Shown: positions 51,420-58,809 of the stretch, one piece after another
Layout: the number at the start of each line of letters is the position of its first letter
Numbering within the stretch: the first letter of the stretch is position 1
From: Octopus sinensis
Taxonomy: Eukaryota
DNA length: 58,809 bases
Assembly (NCBI RefSeq): GCF_006345805.1
Contig: NW_021834467.1
Span: 1-58,809 of the forward strand
Direction: 5' to 3'
Position numbers and translations under genes: made by a program
The notes under the pieces: model-generated
What the model was told of the DNA's origin: nothing
The model's database searches: none
The model's input: only the letters and a program-made list of their open reading frames with translations

Positions 51420-52000
51420 GTCCTCCTAAATTAGGAGAACATCAGACTAGGACCGATTAAAGAAACCCACAGATCTGGGATCATCCTAGTCATTAAGGGC
51501 ACAAGCCCTGTCCCAATTGTTATTCTCCAGTCTACAAGTGCATGCTCAGAGCAGGTCGAATCAACCATTTTTGCCAGTCTCCCACCTTTTTACAAAATCA
51601 CAGGGAAATAGCATTTTCCTCTCTACTTTCACTTTCTCTTTCTGAGTGGAACTCAATTGAATCGATAACTGAAGAGGAAGATGCCTGTTCTCAATACTTT
51701 CAATCTCGTCCGACACATAATAACTTCTTTCACCATAGCCACGAGACGGAGGAACACCGGCTGCCCCTGCCTTGTTAAAGGTGGGTGGTGGTGGTTTGAT
51801 CCACACGACGGATTCGGTTCTTAATCGGATTCGTCTTACACGCGACAACAGCTGTTCGACATAACTCCACGTGTCAACAATAGTCGAACACTGCGCAGGC
51901 ACATGCAGTACGGTTTTGCCACTCTGTGCGCATTTAGAGCAGAACCGTCCGGCGGCACTTCTGTGCCTGTAGACTCCACAGTGGTCCACAACCATTTTTT
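51420..52000 (-). mobile_element. L1/Tx1-clade LINE 3' fragment (C-terminal Cys-His zinc-knuckle region and 3' UTR)
   Basis: ORF 51561-51995 contains FCSKCAQSGKTVLHVPAQC (C-x2-C-x8-H-x4-C), typical of L1/Tx1 ORF2 ends, followed by W...EQLL and KVKVERK..KRW. Confidence 0.75.
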
Positions 52001-52057
52001 AACCCATGGATCTCTGATTCTTGTCTTATTTTAGAGACAACTATACCTGTTTCGATG

Positions 52058-52580
52058 GCTGTGTGGTAAGTAGCTTGCTTACCAATCACATGGTTCCAGG
52101 TTCAGTCCCACTGTGTGGCACATTGGGCAAGTGTCTTCTACTATAACCTCGGGCGTTTGTGTGTCTGTGTTCGTACCCCCAAAATCTTGATAGGTGACGC
52201 TGCGAGCTGATTTAGGTGTACTCACACCATTTGTTTACAGCGAGAAATAGCTTTCTTTTTCTTTTATTCTTTCTTTTATTTGTTTCAGTCATTTGACTGC
52301 GGCCATGCTGGAGCACCGCCTCCATTGAGCAAATCGACCCCGGGACTTATTCTTTGTAAGCCCAGTACTTATTCTATCGGTCTCTTTTTGCCGAACCGCT
52401 AAGTGACGGAGACGTAAACACACCAGCATCGGTTGTCAAGCAATGCTAGGGGAACAAACACAAACACACACACATACACACACATGCACATACATATATA
52501 TATATATATATATACATATATACGACAGGCTTCTTTCAATTTCCGTCTACCAAATCCACTCACAAGGCATTGATCGGCCT
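52058..52580. mobile_element. Family A SINE head (+, 52058-52190) and a second copy (-, 52258-52580)
   Basis: Matches family A head and tail consensus. Confidence 0.85.
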
Positions 52581-53325
52581 GTGGTGATCACGATCATCAT
52601 CGTTAAAAATAATCACCATCACCACCATCACCACCATCATCGTCGTCGACATCATCACCATTTTCATCATTATCGTTCGCATCATTACCATCGTCACCAT
52701 GGTCATCATCATCATCATCAGCATCATCACCACCATCATCACCACTACTATCTCCATAAAGATGTTATACCCCTTCTCTCTCTCACTCACTCGCGCACAT
52801 ACACACACACATGCACACACATATATACACACACACATACACACACACACACACACACACATATTACCACCCCCTAACTCCCCCCCCCCACCGTGTAAAT
52901 ACTCTATTTTAACATTTATCTTATTCGTCTCCACAGAGTGCAGCAACAAACATCAATCACCACTACCCCCCCCCCCACCAACATATCTCGCTGGCTACAC
53001 ACGTGCACGTACGTGTACCTGCGTGCACCTGTGTGCGCGTGCGCGCGTGGATGTGTGTTCGCGCGTGTATGTGTGTGTGTGTGTGTGTATGTGTGTATAA
53101 GCGCTACCCCCTCCCCCCACTACCTGTTTCAGGTGCGATATGTTGTAATGTTTTACAATCCTTATCTTGTTCTGTTCAATGTTTCGTTCAATCTTAGACA
53201 CACACACACACACCGACTAACATATACACACATACAAAAGCACACATGTATGCCTGTGGGTGCGTGTGTAAGTGTGTGTGTATGTTTCAGTCGAAAATGT
53301 ATGTGTGTACTCATGTATGTATATA

Positions 53326-53354
<29 letters not shown>

Positions 53355-53356
<2 letters not shown>

Positions 53357-53759
53357 CAGGAGTGGCTGTGTGGTAAGTAGCTTGTTTGCCAACCACATGG
53401 TCCCGGGTTCAGTCCAACTACGTGGCACCTTGGGCAAGTGTCTTCTACTGTAGTCTCGGGCCGACCAAAGCCTTGTGAGTGGATTTGGTAGACGGAAACT
53501 GAAAGAAGCCAGTCGTATATATGTATATATATGTATGTGTGTGTGTGCGTGTATATTTGTGTGTCTGTGTTTGTCCCCCTAGCATTGCTTGACAACCGAT
53601 GCTGGTGTGTTTATGTCGCCGTCACTTAGCGGTTTGGCAAAAAGGACCGATAGAATAATTACTACTGGGCTTACAAAGAATAAGTCCCGGGGTCGAGTTG
53701 CTCGATTAAAGGCGGTACTCCAGCATGGCCGCAGTCAAAATGACTGAAACAACTAAAAA

Positions 53760-53762
<3 letters not shown>
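53355..53762 (+). mobile_element. Full-length family A SINE
   Basis: Head CAGGAGTGGCTGTGTGG through tail GACTGAAACAACTAAAAAG. Confidence 0.9.
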
Positions 53763-53803
<41 letters not shown>

Positions 53804-54156
53804 TTATATACATACATACATGTAAATAATAGATATATATATATAAACACACATACACACAATATCTTATGTATACAAACACATATATATGTATATTTAT
53901 CTAAATATCTATAAGTATATATATAAATATATATAAACACACATGTGTGTGTGAGTCTATATGTATAAATATATATGCATATATACATATATTAATATAC
54001 CTCTAATCATATGTGTGTGTGTGTGTGTGTATTCACATATCTGAACACACTAAATATTTATACTATATACCTGTATAAACACAGGTATGTAGCGTTTATT
54101 TACATACATGTGTAGGTATGTATATATATATATATATATATATCAGCACACACACG

Positions 54157-54190
<34 letters not shown>

Positions 54191-55039
54191 TTCTCTCTGC
54201 TTCTATGTTTATAAGTATATTTATTGCTATATACTTACATAAACATATACATATATACAAATATATATATATATATATATATACTTGTAGTTGTATAGAC
54301 ACACACACATGTATGTATATATGTATGTATGCATACCTTTGAGCGTGTTTCCTGAAGTTCACTATTTTATGTACGTTTGTACACATGCATTATCCGCTGT
54401 AGTTGTTTTTACAAAATACAATGTCTGTATGCGTGTGGGCGTGTAGGCATTTACTTGTGTAGGCGTGTTCGTATGAATGTGGGTACACGTAGGCATATGT
54501 GTGGGGCCGGGAGGCTTGCATATGTGCATGCACGTAGATATCATTTATTTTGATTTTAGAATGTTGTCTTTTCCTCTAAGTTTGTGTTGTGTGAATACAG
54601 ATGAGATAGAAAACACAACCCACCCTAGTGTAACTGAGTGCTAAAATTAGACCAAGAAATAGTATATTGTACGATCCAGTCTATACCATAAACTTACTTA
54701 TCCATATTAACAGTAATTTAGAATTCTTTCATTTTTTGTTGAACATCAAATAAAATTTTTAATAGAAGTTCCATTAAGATAAGCTACACTTGAACTAAAA
54801 CCTTTGCAAGACTCTTAACTATTATCATGAAACAATTCTTTCTAATACACGCTACTGTAATATTGTAAACAACGGCCTCTTAACGTGTGTGTGTATGCGA
54901 ACGTGTGTGTGTGTGTGTGTGTACAGCACATTAAGAGCCAGCCAACACAGTAGAAGTATTTTGATTGCCACTTTTTCACCCTTTTCCTCCGACGACATGG
55001 GTAACTTATCACATTAGAGATTAATTGTATATCTTAATT

Positions 55040-55428
55040 TCGTACCACGGGCCATACGTCCCCTGCCCGATTCAAGCTCACAACATACATGTACACTTCA
55101 ACATAATTTCTTTTCCTCAACAGGCCCTGCCCTATTTAACATTGTCCCGAGGGAGATCAAAGAGGAAAAGGATCCCATCAACTTTAAACGGAGTCTGGAT
55201 AGATTCCTTCAAAGAATACCAGATAAGCCACCCATAATTGGATACAACTCACCCAACAAGAACTCACTACTTGAACAAAACTTGATACAACTCGCCCAAC
55301 AAGAACTCACTACTTGAACAAAACTTGACTTAAACAGGATTCGAATAATCCTATCAGGTGGTGCTATTAAATTAGACATGGCCTGGACCAATCTTTGGTC
55401 GAAACATATCTAAGTTTATCTAAGTTTA
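55040..55428 (+). mobile_element. CR1/L2-group LINE 3' fragment
   Basis: The frame from 55105 reads NFFSSTGPALFNIVPREIKEEKDPINFKRSLDRFLQRIPDKPPIIGYNSPNKNSLLE (GP..FN.LP...FK..LD.FL..IPD.P pattern). The tail ends in a repeated TCTAAGTTTA. A 43-bp tandem duplication lies at ~55240-55326. Confidence 0.7.
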
Positions 55429-55954
55429 TAATCGGTGTTTTTAGTTCGTTGAAACAGCTGTCAAGAACAAACTATTAAACATGTATAAAGTACGCTTTGC
55501 CGTTTTATACTTAAGCAGTAACCGTCTACTTGAGACACGCATGTTCTTTTCTCTTCATTTTCTCTCTCCTCATCTTTACCTTCTGCAGAAGAACCTACGC
55601 TTAAAACGTTAAAAGGAATTACCTTCTATTTTTCCTGAGTGTAAACCTAATACACTTTGTCCCATCATTTTTTTTACCTTCTTTTTTACATCATTGTGTG
55701 TGTGTGTATGTTTGTATATAGCTTTGTATGTATGTACGATATATATGTGTGTATGTATGTATGTACGATATGTCTTATATTTATGAATGTAAATAATATC
55801 ACACAATAGTATGATAACTAACCCAAGACTACCTCTGCAGCAAATGGAAAGATCACGTTCAACTACACACAAATGCGTAAAATGTGACTACAAAAATATT
55901 TATTTACACATGCCTATATATTTTATGCATATATTCATATACTATACTCCCTTT

Positions 55955-56350
55955 TACTCTGTTTTATTTGTTTCAGTCATTTGACTGCGGCCATGCTGGA
56001 GCACCGCCTTTAATCGAGCAACTCGACCCCGCGACTTATTCTTTTGTAAGCCCAGTACTTATTCTATCGGTCTATTTTGCCGAACCGCTAAGTGACGGGG
56101 ACATAAACACACCAGCATCGGTTGTCAAGCAATGCTAGGGGAACAAACACAGACACACAAACATACACGCACACACATACATACATATACACGCCGGGCT
56201 TCTTTCAGTTTCTGTCTACCAAATCCACTCACAAGGCTTTGGTCGGCCCGAGGCTATAGTAGAAGACATTTGCCCAAGGTGCCACACAGTGGGACTGAAC
56301 CCGGAACCATGTGACTGGTAAGCAAGCTACTTGCCACACAGCCACTTCTG
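55955..56350 (-). mobile_element. Full-length family A SINE
   Basis: Tail TTTGTTTCAGTCATTTGACTGCGGCC to head GCCACACAGCCAC. Confidence 0.9.
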
Positions 56351-56724
56351 ATATTTATATTTTCATGCACTTATAAATATATATTTATATATGCATATAT
56401 TTATACTTTTATATTTCTATGTGTATATATTCATACATATATATATTTTATGTATATATATGCATACAATTATATCTTTAAATTCACCTAATTGTTAAAG
56501 AAACTGGAACAAATACAAGTTCAGATAAACTATTGAACTACATATACAGAGAATATATTGATTTTTTTTTATTCAGATCGATTTAACATAGTAATCTACT
56601 TGTGTTTGTATCAAACTGCCAAATCATCAGAGTACATTTTAATGATCTTGAAGTTCAAAGGAAACACAGCTTCTCTTGAAGGTGCCAGCATCTGGGTAAA
56701 CACCCATGTGCAGACGTATGTGTG

Positions 56725-56885
56725 TGTGCGTTTCTGTGGTAAGTAGATTGCTTACCAGCCACATGGTTCCGGGTTCGGTCCCACTGCGTGGCACCTTGGG
56801 CAAGTGTCTTCTACAATAGCTTCCGGTTAACCAAAGACTTGTGAGTGGATTTGGTAGATGGAAACTGAAAGAAGCCTGTCGGGTG
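56725..56885 (+). mobile_element. Family A SINE head
   Basis: GTGGTAAG...GGTTCGGTCCCACTGCGTGGCACCTTGGGCAAGTG. Confidence 0.85.
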
Positions 56886-57174
56886 GGTGGGCGAACGGGC
56901 TTGCAGGTAGAAATGTATTAGTCACTGAGTGCAAGTCGTAGTCTCCCTCTTAACCAAGATGTTGACATTAAAAATATCAATGAATTCATTATTGATGCCT
57001 TTCGATAAAGAAATAAAACGGGTGGGAAAAATAGATAATACTGGGTAATAAATACACAAACACATATGAGCTTACATACATGCACACATGTGCTACATAT
57101 ATATATATACGCACCAAAGGAAGTGAATACACTATATATGTGTGTGTGTGTGTAAATATAAAGATACATATGAA

Positions 57175-57211
<37 letters not shown>

Positions 57212-57390
57212 TCATCATCATCATCATTTAGCGTCCGTTTTCCATGCTAGCATGGGTTGGGCGGTTCAACTGGGGTCTGGGAAGCCAGAAGGCTGCACCA
57301 GGCCCAGTCTGATCTGGCAGTGTTTCTATGGCTGGATGTCCATCCTAACGCCAACCACTCTGTGAGTGTAGTGGGTGCTTTTTACGTGCC
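57212..57390 (-). mobile_element. Retroelement 3' fragment with (GAT)n tail (RTE-like, unclassified)
   Basis: The minus strand ends AAAACGGACGCTAAATGATGATGATG. The clade assignment is a guess from tail type. Confidence 0.45.
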
Positions 57391-57399
57391 ATATATATA

Positions 57400-57570
57400 G
57401 TTAATCCAAACATGAAAGCATAAAAAAACACAACAACGCGAGGACGTGGAACAAATATAGTATTATTGGACGCTCAGGAAGGAAGAGAAGAAGGAGGGTT
57501 TAACGTTTCGAGCGGAGCTCTTCGTCGGAAACATAGGAAAAGGAAAGATCCAGAGAAGGGAACAGAGGGA
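57400..57570 (-). mobile_element. Penelope-type terminal fragment with variant hammerhead-like motif (57498-57533)
   Basis: The minus strand reads GTTT-CCGACGA-A-GAGC-TCC-GCTC-GAAAC-GTT-AAAC. Confidence 0.55.
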
Positions 57571-57605
57571 AAAAAATCGCCAATATATTTATGCATATAT
57601 ATATT

Positions 57606-57778
57606 CTTTCTATTTTTTAGTCTTTTACTTGTTTCAGTCATTTGACTGCGGTCATGCTGGAGCACCGCCTTTAGTCGAGCAAATCGATCCTAAGACTTGC
57701 TCTTTGTACGCCTAGTACTTATTCTATCGGTCTCTTTTTGCCGAACCGCTAAGTTACGGTGACGTAAACACACCAATA
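57606..57778 (-). mobile_element. Family A SINE tail
   Basis: CTTTTACTTGTTTCAGTCATTTGACTGCGGTCATGCTGGAGCACCGCC. Confidence 0.85.
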
Positions 57779-57806
57779 TATATATATATATAAATATATA
57801 TATATA

Positions 57807-58251
57807 TAATAGAAATATTAAAATTACTAAGTCTCTCTAAAAGAGATTACGGCAGCGTTACTGGAAATTAATTGTTATCGCCATATTTATATGGCAGTCT
57901 TATAGATATAAGACTAAAGCTGTCGCTGATTAGCTCCATGAGGCCATCGCCTTAAGCTAGCTATTTGACACACAAACTGCGTCCATTATAACCTTCAGAC
58001 AAGGGAGGTCAGCCGCTTCACACTGCCAGTCAGACAGCTACAGACGCGTTTCAGGGTAGTTGCCCTTTATCAATGCAGCGTAGTCAGACCCAGCAGGTGT
58101 CGCTACTAATCGTCTCTCTTCGAAGCCTTTATTTACCTAGTTTCGGTGAAACACATCCACTTGTTTTCAATAATAGAAATATTAAAATTACTAAGTCTCT
58201 CTAAAAGAGATTACGGCAGCGTTACTGGAAATTAATTGTTATCGCCATATT
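57807..58251 (-). mobile_element. 81-bp exact direct repeats flanking a 283-bp core with a U3-A8 hammerhead (58038-58078); Penelope pLTR-like
   Basis: 57807-57887 equals 58171-58251. The minus-strand motif is CTGCA-TTGATAA-AGGG-CAACTA-CCCT-GAAAC-GC-GTC-TGTAG. Confidence 0.6.
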
Positions 58252-58547
58252 AATATGCTTTGGAATATTATATTCCCAATTATTAATAATTATAATACTA
58301 ATAAAATTACTATATTTATAACTAAAATTTGTTGATTGTATTCAACTCTCAATTGCGTTAGTTATGGAGACTGCAGGGAAGATGGGACCACGATTTTGGA
58401 ATTCATCTTTGAAAGATATCCCTATACCACCTAAAAGAGAATATATGTTGAATAATATATTTAAATTTATATTTTATTATCGATAATAATTTCTCACTGT
58501 TAATTGAATTACTTGATGGAGGTTCTGTCTCTTAATCCTATATATGT

Positions 58548-58809
58548 GTAAGGCGGCGAGCTGGCAAAAACGTTAGCACGCCGGGCGAAATGCGTAGCCG
58601 TATTTCGTCTGCCGTTACGTTCTGGGTTCAAATTCCGCCGAGGTCGACTTTGCCTTTCATCCTTTCGGAGTCGATAAATTAAATGCCAGTTACGCACTGG
58701 GGTCGATGTAATCGACTTAATCCGTTTGTCTGTCCTTGTTTGTCCCCCTCTGTGTTTAGCCCCTTGTGGGTAGTAAAGAAATAGGTATTTCGTTTGTATT
58801 TACGTTCTG
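58548..58809 (+). mobile_element. Family B SINE with start of a second unit, cut by window end
   Basis: Head AAGGCGGCGAGCTGG, body, the ~65-bp module, then GTATTTCGT...TACGTTCTG. Confidence 0.9.

Overview
Eukaryotic, AT-rich, extremely microsatellite-dense non-coding DNA. The repeat families and simple-repeat load most resemble an octopus (coleoid cephalopod) genome; this is inferred from repeat content only. No intact host protein-coding gene is supported, and almost all listed ORFs are translations of (TG)n/(TA)n/(TAA)n/(GGT)n/(CAT)n repeats. The window is a mosaic of four tRNA-headed SINE families (labelled A-D here), a ~555-bp headless retroelement (E), and decayed LINE fragments (three Dong/R4-like in (TAA)n tracts, two L1/Tx1-like, one CR1/L2-group). 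It also holds a 364-bp non-autonomous Helitron, a 612-bp solo-LTR-like insertion and several Penelope-like terminal fragments. The most notable signals are structured RNAs. These are a fully canonical extended type I hammerhead ribozyme (minus, 9813-9879) plus about seven variant-core hammerhead motifs, including a compensatory U3-A8 core. There is also a pri-miRNA-like hairpin (16684-16787) and an AG|GTAAGT recursive-splice-like site (12158-12165). A ~1.2-kb exact duplication near 21.7-24.2 kb looks like an assembly artefact. Most repeat boundaries are approximate (within about 10-20 bp) unless TSDs are quoted.
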